From NCBI RefSeq assembly GCF_001194135.2, contig NC_068987.1, positions 95,706,298 through 95,770,297 on the forward strand: 64,000 nt of DNA. Direction: 5' to 3'. Under the pieces are notes generated by a model that saw only the letters and a program-made list of their open reading frames with translations, made no database searches and was not told where the DNA came from. Source of the DNA: Octopus bimaculoides (taxonomy: Eukaryota). The position numbers were made by a program, and so were the translations under genes. Below, one piece after another: positions 1 through 11,419 of the stretch; the stretch's first letter is position 1; every line of letters starts with the position of its first letter.

Positions 1-1169
1 GAGCACTGGGGTCAATGTTACTGACTCCCTCGCCCCTCAAAATTGCTGACCTTGTGTCAGAATAAGAAGGGATTATTAACCTTTCTAAGGTAGAGGTCTA
101 CAGAATCAGTAGCACAAACTGCTTAACAGCATTTTGTCCATTTTTACGTTCAAATTCTGCCAAGGTCACCTTTGCCTTTCATCCTTTCGGGGTCAATGAA
201 ATAAGCAGCAGTTGAGTACAGGAGTCAGTGTACTTAATTTACCCATCCCCAAAAAACTTTGGTGGCCTTGTGCCAAAATTAGAAAGAACTGTTATTAACT
301 CTTCTTAGCATTTCTTTGCTAACTCATCTGACTGTGATTTAGTTGGGTTTTGTTTATTAACTTTCATTTCTGCATCGTTATAGTTGTCATCATCATTCTT
401 TAATGTCCGCTTCCCATGCTGGTATGGGTTGGATAGTTTGACATGGAACTAGCTAGCTGGGAGCTGTCCAGACTCCAATATTCTATTGTAGCATGGTTTC
501 TACAGCTGGATGCCCTTTTTAATTGCCAACCACTTAAGAGTGTCCTGGATGTGTTTTACATGTCACTGGCATGGGTGCATTTATGCAGCACTGGCACAAG
601 TACATGTATGCAACACTGGTACAGGTGTTTTTTGTGTGGTACAAGCACCTGAAAGGACAAGCTTCTATGTGTGGAAGAGAGTGATTTTGCTTAGCTTGGC
701 ATGTTTTATAAAGTACAGCAATTCACCACATCTCCATAAACACATTCATTATTTAGAAACCTCATAAATTCAATTGAATAAAGTGAATAAACTAACTAAC
801 TAGCAATTGTGTTTTGTTATGTATTGACATTAAGAACTGTTTCTGTTGAAGTAACACGTTCTATCAGTTTTAATGTATATTTTAGTATGTGTGTCAGTAA
901 TATTCCAGTAGTTTGTTGCTTTGACAAATGTAATTCCAGTATCTTGTTTGTATGGGTCTGAGTTGTGTCTGTATACGCGTTGGCACATACAGGTCTGTGT
1001 TTGTGTGTGTTTATTAGAATAGATTGTTTGTGAATAATCATGGTTCTCAGGTCAAATCTTTCTTTGTGTTTTGATAACTGTACAGTTAATGATGATTCAG
1101 CCAAGTATATTTACATATATCTCAGAAAGTTACCCATGTGTATTTATAGGTGTAGAAATATTATATATG

Positions 1170-1768
1170 TATTGGGTCATCCCATAAATAATGCAGTTTT
1201 TTATACTTCTTTTATTTTTCAAAATTAAGATAAACAAAGTTCTTTTTTAATCTAAAATATACTCTCCTTTATTTTCTACAATGCTCTTCTATTTGGTAGT
1301 CTTGCAAGGCCCCCTCTTCCAAAATTCCCTTGTCCATGAAGAAAAGTACTCCTCCAGTACTGTCCTGACCTCATCTACAGAATTTGTATTTTTTCTGTCC
1401 AAATGATTTTGAAGACTGTAGAATAAATGATAATGAGATGGGGCAATGTCTAGCGAATATGGTGGGTGGGGAATCGTTTCCCACTCAAACTGCTCCAGCC
1501 TTTGGAATGTCATCCTTGTTGTATGTGGCCTAGCATTAGACTCGGAAATGTTTTTGAGAAACCCATTGACCCAATTTGCTGACTTTTCCGATGGCATGCA
1601 AGTGTTGATGAATGGTTAAATGACCAAATCCAAGCTTCTCTGCTAGTTCTTCAACAGTTATGATGAGATTTCATTCCACCAGGGTTTGCAGGACATCCTC
1701 ATCGAGTTCTACACATCTTTCAGGACGAGGCTTGTTTTCTAGGCTGTAGTTTCTGGCCCGGAATATGT
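1170..1768 (-). mobile_element. Internally deleted mariner (DD34D) remnant with 3' TIR
   Basis: TA plus TTGGGTCATCCCATAAATAATG TIR. ORF 1289-1597 has HPPYSLDIAPSHYHLF. Same family as 36460-37621. Confidence 0.9.
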
Positions 1769-3140
1769 AAGCAACAACATCATCATCATCGTCGTCATCG
1801 TCATTGTCATCATCATTAAATGCCTGCCTTTCATGCTAGCATGGTTTGGACGATTTGATGGGATCTGATGATTTTGAGAGCTGCATCATGGTCTTGTGTT
1901 TTTACTGCTGTATACCCATCCTAGTGCCCACCACTTTACAGAGTGAACTGGATTGCTTTTGAATGGCATCAACACCAGTGATGATTGCCTCATTACTTAC
2001 AATATTAAGGTCCTGACGTGACCCCTATAACTGAGGGATAGGCTCCTTTCTAACTCTGGCAATAAAGCAATGAGTTTTATCGGTAAACGCAGTTCATTGG
2101 ATTACTGATACAAAACAAGTGAGCCTTTGCAAGGTCATTCAGCTAGAAATAACCAAATATCTTTAAAATAACATCCTACATATATAAAAAGGGAAGGACA
2201 ACATTAGATAATGTAACCCAAATATACTAACGTACTGGTTCACATAAAAAGCACCCATGCCAGTCTACATAAAACGCACCCAGCATATGCTGTAAAGTGG
2301 TCGGCATTAGGAAGGACATCCAGCCATAGAAACCAAGCCAAATTAGGCTGGAACATGGTATAGCTCTCCAGTTTACCAGCTCTGGTCAAACCGTCCAACC
2401 CATGCCAGCATGGAAAACAGATGTTGACTGATGATGATGACATCTGAAAAGTCACAATTGATTCCAGCTATAGAATACCTTTGACCATAGGGCTATTGAA
2501 TCTGCACTAGACATTGGCTAAACAACTACAACTGGCTTGTAGTTTATTAAATCTCGCAAGAGAGCTGAAAGGCCGGATCCCCACCTAGCATTGAGAATAT
2601 TGAGGTATGTAATTAAATACTACAAGGTATGTCATCTACTACTCTACCATTTCTGCCCACAGCCACAAATTTATAGATGTAGCAAGGGGCAAGTTATAAT
2701 TAATTTTATTATGTCCTTATAATTAGTAATTGACTAGTAATTAATTTATTGACCCTGGAAGAATTAAAATTGAAGTTATTGATGTGGATGTTGTTGTTGT
2801 TGTTGTGTGTGTGTGTGTGTGTGTAAAGACATGTGGCCTAGTGCTTAGTGTGATGTGGTTTCAGTTACTGGACTAGTGGTGCATTGTGTTCTGGGGCAAA
2901 ACACTTTGTTTCACATTACTCTGCAATCACTTTGACATGTGGCATGTGGCACACAATGCTACATGCCGCATGTCAATGTCAATTTGATGGAAGGAATGAG
3001 CTAATGTTCAGCACAAGCATTTTATTACCATAAACAAATCATCTGTACAAGTTGTTCAGCAAAAATTTGTGGAGCCCTCATCTATTGTCTACAACAGGAA
3101 AGTCCACAATATATATATATCGATGATGATGATGATATAT

Positions 3141-3460
3141 GAAGGTGCATAGCTCAGTGGTTAGAGCATCAAGCTTACGATCATGAGGTTGTGAGTTTGA
3201 TTCCCAGACCGGGCTGCATGTTGTGCTCTTGAGCAAGACACTTTATTTCGCATTGCTCCAGTTCACTCAGCTGTAGAAATGAGTTGTGACGTCAGAGGTG
3301 CCAAGCTGTATCGGCCTTTGCTTTTCCCTTGGATAACATCAGTGGTGTGGAGATTAGAGGCTGGTATGCATGGGCGACTGCTGGTCTTCCATAAAAACAA
3401 ACTGGAAGGGAACCTCTTAGGTGCACTTATGGTCATTCGTGACTGATGGAGTCATCTTTT
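3141..3460 (+). mobile_element. tRNA-derived SINE (family D); related copies at ~30110-30345 (-), 53340-53540, 59370-59640, 62619-62945
   Basis: A-box TAGCTCAGTGG and B-box-like GAGTTTGATTC, followed by a shared cttgagcaagacacttt...cagttcactcagctg body seen in several copies. Confidence 0.8.
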
Positions 3461-3475
3461 AATATATATCTCATC

Positions 3476-3880
3476 ATCATCATTTAAAGTCTGCTGGCAA
3501 GGGTTGGACAGTTTGACTGAGGGCTTGCAAACCAGAAGGCTGCACCAAGCTCCAATCTGATCTAGCAAAGTTTCTACAGCTTGATGCTCTTCCTAACGCC
3601 AGCCACTCTTAGAGTTTAGTGAGTGCTTTTTATGTGCCACCGGCATGAGGGCCAGTCAGATGGTTCTGGCAACAACCACGCTTGAATGATGTTTTTTATA
3701 TGCCACCAGCACAGGAGCCAGTCAGGCAGCACTAGCAATGACCATGCTCAAATGGTGCTTTTTACGTGCCACTAGCATATGCCAGTAAGGTGGCACTGGC
3801 AATGGCCATGCTTGAATGGTGTTTTTTACATGCCACTGGCACAGGAGCCAGTCAGGTGACACTTGAATGGTGCTTTTTAT
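3476..3880 (-). mobile_element. SINE/non-autonomous retroelement with RTE-type (GAT)n tail (family B) and internal ~65-bp tandem units
   Basis: Shares tttccatgct..ggttggac..ctacagctggatgcccttcctaacgcc with many other copies in the window. gccagtcag recurs at 3651, 3717, 3781 and 3847. Confidence 0.8.
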
Positions 3881-4859
3881 TTGCTTTTTATTTAGGGTAT
3901 GTGAACTTGATTCACCTAAATTTGATTCTTACTTTTATATATATATATCTGTCTGTATACATGTGAGTTGATGTCTCCTTGTCATGATGAAATAGCCAGA
4001 AGAAAGAGGCTGAATGAAAGGGAGATAATGACAGTGAACTGGTTGAGTGAATTTATTCTCGCAAATGCATTACCGGCTATTTTCATATGTATGTATATAT
4101 GTATGTATATAAGTATGTATATATGTATGTATGTATGCATCTATCTGTCTGTCTGTCTATCTATCAGTCTCTCTTTCGTTCTTCCTATCAATCTATCTAT
4201 CTATTTCTAGCTCTGTATCTCAGGATGTCTGTTCTTTTGTGACAGTTTGCTAGACAGGAAAGTTAAGTACTCATTGGGGGTTTATCTTCTAATCTAATGT
4301 TTGGACAGTGCACATAGCTTCGCAGTAGTGCATCATCTCTCTCTCTCTGTATGGCCGTAGTGTTTTCTCTACTACTGTGCTTGTAAGTGTTTTTCTCTTC
4401 AGCCAATTAAGCATTTCCTGATGACACACAAACTCTAACATGTCAAAAGTATGAGTTTACTTTTTGACCTCTTGTTCCATGGAGCCGCTTGTGATGTCGG
4501 TGATGATGGAAATGAGGAGGAGAAAGAGGGACAGGAGCAAAAACAATGACCTGAGTTTTGGAGGGAGAGGTTATGAGTGATGATGACGTTGACAGTGAAG
4601 AACAAAGAGGAGTAGAAGGAAAATGGGAGCCATAGCTGCAAACTGATAGTGTTAGGAGACAGGTGGTAGGAGGTAACACTGAATGAGGCGGAGGAGGAGG
4701 TGGTGGTGGTGGTGTTAGCAGCAGCAGCAGCAGCGACAGCAATAATGACAGCACCAAGCAACCAACCAACCCATCTAGTGACAACAAGATGACAGCAGTC
4801 AAAATGGTAGCTGTGGTGTGATGGTATGAAAGATGAGGTTGTTGATAATAATAATGATA

Positions 4860-5085
4860 ATAATCCTTTTTACTCAAGGCACAAGGGCTCAAATTTGTTG
4901 GATGGAAACTAGTCAATTATACTGACCCCAGTGTTTCACTTGTACTTAATTTATCAATCCCAGAAGGATGAAAGGCAAAGTCAACCTCGGCGGAATTTGA
5001 ACTCAGAACGTAGCGACGGGCGAAATACCACTAAGCATTTTGTCCAGCACACTAATGATTCTGCCAGCTCGCCACCTTGATAATA
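4860..5085 (-). mobile_element. tRNA-like SINE (family C)
   Basis: Reverse complement of the ggcgagctggcagaa...ttctgagttcaaattccgccgaggt...cctttc body seen at 31164 and 44960. Flanked by (AAT)n. Confidence 0.85.
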
Positions 5086-5448
5086 ATAATAATAATAATA
5101 TTGATGATGATGATGATGATGATGTATGTAGCAGTGGTGATGGAGATAGTCATGATTTTGATAGTGGTGGTAGTAATGGAAATGAGCATGGTATTTGGGT
5201 GTGGGTGAATAGGTTGTTGGACTTTGCTGACCTTGAGCCCAAAATTTCATATCGTGCCACTGATCATGTGTTCTTGAATGAGTAGGCTTATATGAAAATT
5301 AATGGTTAATTAGATGTTTACTCTATCTTCTGCTACTAATGTTGTTATATTGTTATATCATAGAGCTTTTCAAAATCATATTAGCATTCAGAATTTCAGA
5401 GTAAGAACTATATTAAATGATAGCTTTTTTAAAAAATGTAACATTAGA

Positions 5449-5732
5449 AGCAGGTGTGGCTGTGTGGTAAGAAGCTTACTTCCCAATCACATGGTTCCAG
5501 GTTCAATCTCACTGTGTGGCACCTTGGGCAAGTGTCTTTTCCTATAAACTCAAGACAACCAAAGCCTTGTGAGTGCATTTGGCAGATGAAAATTGAAAGA
5601 AGTCTGTCATGTATATATGTATATATATGTGTGTGTGCATATATATATATATGGATATGTGTATATATGTATATATATATTTTGGGTGTGTATATATATG
5701 TATATATATTAAGATATATATATGTATGTATG

Positions 5733-5769
<37 letters not shown>

Positions 5770-5770
5770 A
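5449..5770 (+). mobile_element. tRNA-derived SINE (family A) 5' half running into (TA)n/(TG)n
   Basis: ggtgtggctgtgtggtaagaag head, ggttcaatc B-box-like motif and ccttgggcaagtgtc body, as in 55024-55415. Confidence 0.8.
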
Positions 5771-5902
5771 TACAACTTGTAAATAAGGCCAAAAGAAAAA
5801 GATTCTTATGCCAAATATGCTGAGAAATAGACTTTAAAGTTTATTTCTCGGCATATTTGGTATAAGAAATTTTTTCTTTTGCCCTTATTTATAAGTTGTT
5901 TA
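5769..5902. repeat. Fold-back palindrome with ~65-bp arms and no loop
   Basis: acaacttgtaaataagg...gagaaatagacttt|aaagtttatttctc...ccttatttataagttgt, centred at 5835/5836. Confidence 0.9.
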
Positions 5903-6258
5903 TAATTTTCACTTGAAAAGGTATTTTTTAAATTTGCTAGCCACTGATAAAATGTTTTTTTGAAAATTTTGTTCTATATTAGATTTATATGTATATATTG
6001 TGTGTATGTATATATCTTTGTATGTATATATATATATGTATATATGTATATTTCTATATATGCGTAAATATATGCATATCGTTGGCAATTTTCTTCCTCT
6101 GTCTTCCTTTCTATGAGATTTTCCTCTGTTTCCGAAGAAGAGTATCTGCTCGAAATGTTCAACTATCTTTCTTTCCTTCCCTAAGCATCTGCCAATACTT
6201 TACAGGTACCACATCCTCACGTTGTTGTGTTTTTGTGTTTGTTCTTCTTTTTGGGATT

Positions 6259-6330
<72 letters not shown>

Positions 6331-7239
6331 NNNNNNNNNNNNNNNNNNNNNNNNNNNNNNNNNNNNNNNNNNNNNNNNNNNNNNNNNNNNNNNNNNNNNN
6401 NNNNNNNNNNNNNNNNNNNNNNNNNNNNNNNNNNNNNNNNNNNNNNNNNNNNNNNNNNNNNNNNNNNNNNNNNNNNNNNNNNNNNNNNNNNNNNNNNNNN
6501 NNNNNNNNNNNNNNNNNNNNNNNNNNNNNNNNNNNNNNNNNNNNNNNNNNNNNNNNNNNNNNNNNNNNNNNNNNNNNNNNNNNNNNNNNNNNNNNNNNNN
6601 NNNNNNNNNNNNNNNNNNNNNNNNNNNNNNNNNNNNNNNNNNNNNNNNNNNNNNNNNNNNNNNNNNNNNNNNNNNNNNNNNNNNNNNNNNNNNNNNNNNN
6701 NNNNNNNNNNNNNNNNNNNNNNNNNNNNNNNNNNNNNNNNNNNNNNNNNNNNNNNNNNNNNNNNNNNNNNNNNNNNNNNNNNNNNNNNNNNNNNNNNNNN
6801 NNNNNNNNNNNNNNNNNNNNNNNNNNNNNNNNNNNNNNNNNNNNNNNNNNNNNNNNNNNNNNNNNNNNNNNNNNNNNNNNNNNNNNNNNNNNNNNNNNNN
6901 NNNNNNNNNNNNNNNNNNNNNNNNNNNNNNNNNNNNNNNNNNNNNNNNNNNNNNNNNNNNNNNNNNNNNNNNNNNNNNNNNNNNNNNNNNNNNNNNNNNN
7001 NNNNNNNNNNNNNNNNNNNNNNNNNNNNNNNNNNNNNNNNNNNNNNNNNNNNNNNNNNNNNNNNNNNNNNNNNNNNNNNNNNNNNNNNNNNNNNNNNNNN
7101 NNNNNNNNNNNNNNNNNNNNNNNNNNNNNNNNNNNNNNNNNNNNNNNNNNNNNNNNNNNNNNNNNNNNNNNNNNNNNNNNNNNNNNNNNNNNNNNNNNNN
7201 NNNNNNNNNNNNNNNNNNNNNNNNNNNNNNNNNNNNNNN
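6331..7239. other. Assembly gap (N run). Others: 10982-11103, 12313-12322, 22839-23402, 29170-29556, 35250-35613, 37992-38043, 39688-40244, 47282-47527, ~52014-52551, 56890-56956, 63222-63705
   Basis: N characters, most directly abutting (TA)n arrays. Confidence 0.99.
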
Positions 7240-9784
7240 TTTTTGTTTCATCAAACTTATCTGTCTTTTCTTCACGATTTACATATCGTGAATAGTAATG
7301 TTAATAAAATGCTGGAGTAGTTTATATATATATATATATATTTCTAGTTTTGAATATCTAGCGTTCTTGTTATCTTTCATTTATTTGTTCATTTACATCT
7401 GGGCTATGAAAGGTCTTTGTATATTTTTGTTGGTCGTAATTATTCATACCAGTATGTAATTCCTGACGAGGAATCTAATTTTTATTTCATGAAGAGTGTT
7501 TCGTTTTTGTCTTTGTAATTAATTAGACTCTGAAGCAATTTGTAGAATGTATATTGGTTCTGTACCAACTTGGATTATGAACTGAATTAGTGATCGTCTA
7601 CACTTACAATTTTTCCTTTCCTAATACTTCATTTACTGTTTTTACAAATATTGAATATATATTTTATATATATTCTTTACTTGGACTGTACTGGCAAACT
7701 TGGATGTTTGACATCCCTTTGAAGGATTTCAGTCCTCACTTCTTTTGTGTGTGTGTGTGTGTGTGTATACAGGGTGTGATGTGTAAATTGTTGCCATTTT
7801 ATATTTTTAATTTCACACATTGTTTTTGATTTTGTTAACTGCCTTCAAGGCAGTGCCCCAGCATGGCCACGGTCAAATGACTGAAACAAGTAAAAAATAA
7901 AAGATTAAATTCTTTTTATACAGCCTAGGGTGTTACATATCATCATTGTCATCAATCATCATTAAACATCCTTTTTCTCTGCTGGCTTGAACAGATTGAC
8001 AGGATCCAACAAGCCACAGGGCTATGTTGAGCTCATTCATCAATGTTGGCATGGTTTCTGTGGACAGAGGCCCTTATAAACACCAACCACTTTACAGTGT
8101 GTACCTGGTCCTTTTCTTCTTGCCTGCACTTGTGACATCACCAAGTAACTTGCTAGAAAGGAAAAGAGTAGGAAAAGGGAAAAGAAAATACCCCATGGAT
8201 AACTGTGAGCCAGTGTATTTCAGATGGAAAAAGTGACTTTATGCAAGATGTCAAGATGCTGAAGTATGATAGACGGCCAAGCGCAGGTGTTTTGCCATAG
8301 AAAAGATACAAAAGTTCTGCAAAATATCAGAGGTTCTCATGTGGCAAGCAAGGTAGACATAAGCAAAGTAGCTGGTGTACTGATACTTTAAGAGCATTAA
8401 TTTCAGTGGACAAAGTACACCTGGTCACTTTGGAGTAAGGGTTGGTATAGTCATTCGAATAACAACAGATACATGGGTTGATTTTTGTGCATTGTTCCAT
8501 TCGCATCTTTTCTATTTTGGATTTGTACTTGCTTATAAAGCATCTAATTTAATTTTCTATGTATTTTCACCATCATCATGTCATTATCATTGTCATCATC
8601 ATTTTGCATCTGTTTTCCATATTGGCATAGATTGAACAGATCATTACTATTCAAGTCCTTTCTTATTAAGAGTCACTGCTCCTGTATACTGGTGTTTGTA
8701 CATGTCATTCAGCTCCAATTCTACAGCTAGATGTCCTTCCTATTGTTAGCCACTTCACAGAGTGTACTCAGTGTATCCTCTTATGGCACCAATGCAGGAG
8801 AGGCTGAATAGTTCTTGACAAAACAGGACTTAAGAGGCCTTAATACTTACTTAAGAAAAAAAATCACTGAGATTAATTGCTCAGAGATGCCATCTAGATG
8901 AAAAACAATAGATTTTCATGTATGTATATATTGTATGTTAATAGTTTTGATAGTGTTATTGTAATGTAGAGAGCACCAAAGCATAGACAACACCAAAACA
9001 TACTTGCCAAAGTAGAGATAAGAACATCACTATAGTTTCATATGTTAGTTTAAAATCAAGCAGAGATCTTGGAATTGTATGTAGGAAATTATTATGTCAT
9101 GAATATGAAGTGATAGATGAAAACATGTTGATAAATTTGTGAATATACAATTATAGTTTTTCTCAGAAAACTTTTCTCATTAAAATGATGATGTGTATGT
9201 AAAAGATACTGATCACTGTTGTGAATTGAAATGATATAGCAACACCACAACATTATAAACTAACTGACGTGGGAACGTTTATGTGGTTGCTTGAAAAGCC
9301 AGAAATAATAGACAAACTTCCTTTAAATTCTTATTTTCACACCATTATTTAATGACCAATGAAAGGGTTTGCCTCCTAATTTTGGACTTACAATTTGTTC
9401 AGTAACAAAGCATTTTTTTCTACTTCAAAAATTGTTTGAATATCACTGTGTACAAAATGTTACCCTACTGTTGCTTGTTGTAAAGGTGGCCCCCATAACA
9501 TTTTAAGCTTCAGGGCCTCAATATTGTAGATCTGCCACTGGCTGCAACAGATTGATGCCTCATTCAAGTGTGAGAGTTGTAATCTCAGATTATATACTAT
9601 GGAAATCAGGTTGAGCTCCTAGACTAATAACAAACCTTAAAATGTGGTTCAAGTGGGTTTGGTTGTTATCTGTACCAGGTCAAGTGAGCATGCTGTTTAT
9701 TATTTTTAACTTTAAATAAAAATGCCGTTTTTGTTTTTATTAATTTATGTCTACAAAATATTCTTTTCTATTCTTTTATTTCAG

Positions 9785-9823
9785 TTCTGAGAGCTCGAAA
9801 TCTGGTGGCAAAGGGAAAAGGAG
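9785..9823 (+). CDS. RAB11FIP: Rab11-FIP (class I, C2 domain) coding micro-exon, 39 nt, phase 1-1: (V)LRARNLVAKGKG(G)
   Basis: Pyrimidine tract plus tttcag acceptor and GAG|gtaagt donor. Peptide matches the Rab11-FIP C2 start (VLxAxxLxxKGKxG) and joins in frame to 19697. Confidence 0.93.
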
Positions 9824-10872
9824 GTAAGTGTTAAAAAGTTCCTTTCTCTACTATTGACAAATGATTCCTTTTTAATCATCATCATCATTATGTATATGAT
9901 AATGATGACCTCTCACATCAATTTTGCCATATGAGCAATCAGTTATTCAATCAATGGCACACCCTACTCATTGAATTAACATGTGATGTGGCTGACAATT
10001 TCATAGACATGTTTACCCTTAACATAATTCTCAAACAGAACCATCTTGACACAAGCATGACAGAGCTAGACCTTTGAATTGCAAGTGCTGTCCATCTGAT
10101 GGGCTTCTATCTAGTTTCTTTCTGTATACTCAAATTCATTTGGGTTGGTCTGATACTATAGTAAATACACTTGCTCAAGATATCACACAGCAGGATCAAA
10201 CTGAGACCTTATGGTCGTGAACCAAATTTGTTACTCAGCCATGCTGGTAACATAGCATCTCTATATGGGATAGTTTGGATACATCTTTTACTCATTTCAG
10301 CCATTGCAATGTGGCCATGCTGGGACATTGTCTTGAAGGTCTTTTAGTCGATCAAAATTCCAGGGTTTCATGCAAAAAATTCTAGGGTTTTAATGAGATA
10401 AAGTCTATTAAAAATTTATTCTGTGAAACAAAGCTATCAACCATTTACAAAATAAGGTGTGTGTGTATGTATATATGTGTGTGGGTGTATATAACACACA
10501 CGTTTGTATATATGGATATATATATGTGTATGTATTTATATGTAAGTATGTGCATGTGTGTGTGTATATATATATATATATAATTATAAGATATGGTAAT
10601 TAATCATATATTAATTAATATCGATTAATTACCAGGAGGCCAGCACATCTAAAGAATCAAAGAGATTCAGAAATAGTATCTGCAATCTCAGGGGATTAAG
10701 GAACATTTTTATATATAACGTTGACCACTAACGTGGACAATTAATGTGCTAGAAATAGATCACATCTTGTGTCTATTAAGACCTAAATTGTTCTCAACAT
10801 GAAATATAGCAGCAAACCAAAACGTAAGCGGGCAAGACACTTAAAATCACCTAAAAAAAACACATTCTTAAA

Positions 10873-10929
10873 CAGGGACCATTTTCGGATTTAACGAATC
10901 TTACCGATTGTTTATTCCTCTTCAGCCTG
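10873..10929 (-). ncRNA. Penelope-type minimal hammerhead ribozyme motif (type I)
   Basis: Minus strand reads CAGG-CUGAAGA-[GGA..AAC AAUC/GAUU GUU..UCC]-GAAA-AUG-GUC-CCUG. Stem I is CAGG/CCUG and the site is GUC; stem III is minimal and imperfect. Confidence 0.6.
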
Positions 10930-10943
10930 ATTCGTAATGTAAC

Positions 10944-10981
<38 letters not shown>

Positions 10982-11144
10982 NNNNNNNNNNNNNNNNNNN
11001 NNNNNNNNNNNNNNNNNNNNNNNNNNNNNNNNNNNNNNNNNNNNNNNNNNNNNNNNNNNNNNNNNNNNNNNNNNNNNNNNNNNNNNNNNNNNNNNNNNNN
11101 NNNTATATATATCTGTAAAAATGTGACGCTTATTCAGTAGCCAT

Positions 11145-11205
11145 GATAAAACTCCAAGTTTCGGATGCCAGGGTGGAAGCCCACGCCAACATCTCTTCAG
11201 TTATC
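11145..11205 (-). ncRNA. Penelope-type minimal hammerhead ribozyme motif (type I)
   Basis: Minus strand reads GAUAA-CUGAAGA-[GAUGUUGG..GUGG gcuu CCAC..CUGGCAUC C]-GAAA-CUUGGAG-UU-UUAUC. Stem I is GAUAA/UUAUC, the site is GUU, and there is one extra C at the base of stem II. Confidence 0.6.
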
Positions 11206-11419
11206 CGGCCAATTGAAAATTCCTGTGAAAAATGACTGTTAAAAACGAAGAGAAATTACTGTGTAGTGACAAGGTCAAAACGCGTCTAAAACTGCGTATA
11301 TTATTGCATGTACGCATATATCCATATACGCATGCACATATCTCTATATACGCATGCATATATCTACATACGCACGCATCCACGCACACACTCACAAGCG
11401 CACAGTTTTAGAGCAGTGA

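Noticed and set aside
3141-3215. tRNA-like sequences with A/B boxes
   Set aside because: They are SINE heads with no full cloverleaf and continue into SINE bodies.
5989-7320. Long ORFs of 200-440 aa here and at 22.7-23.6, 29.1-29.7, 35.2-35.8, 39.6-40.3, 47.1-48.0, 51.8-52.7 and 63.1-63.7 kb
   Set aside because: They are open only because they cross N gaps and (TA)n arrays.
9642-9678. ATG TGG... as possible Rab11-FIP exon 1
   Set aside because: The peptide MWFKWVWLLSVP lacks the expected W-PTHVQVT motif and the donor is weak. The real exon 1 probably lies upstream or in a gap.
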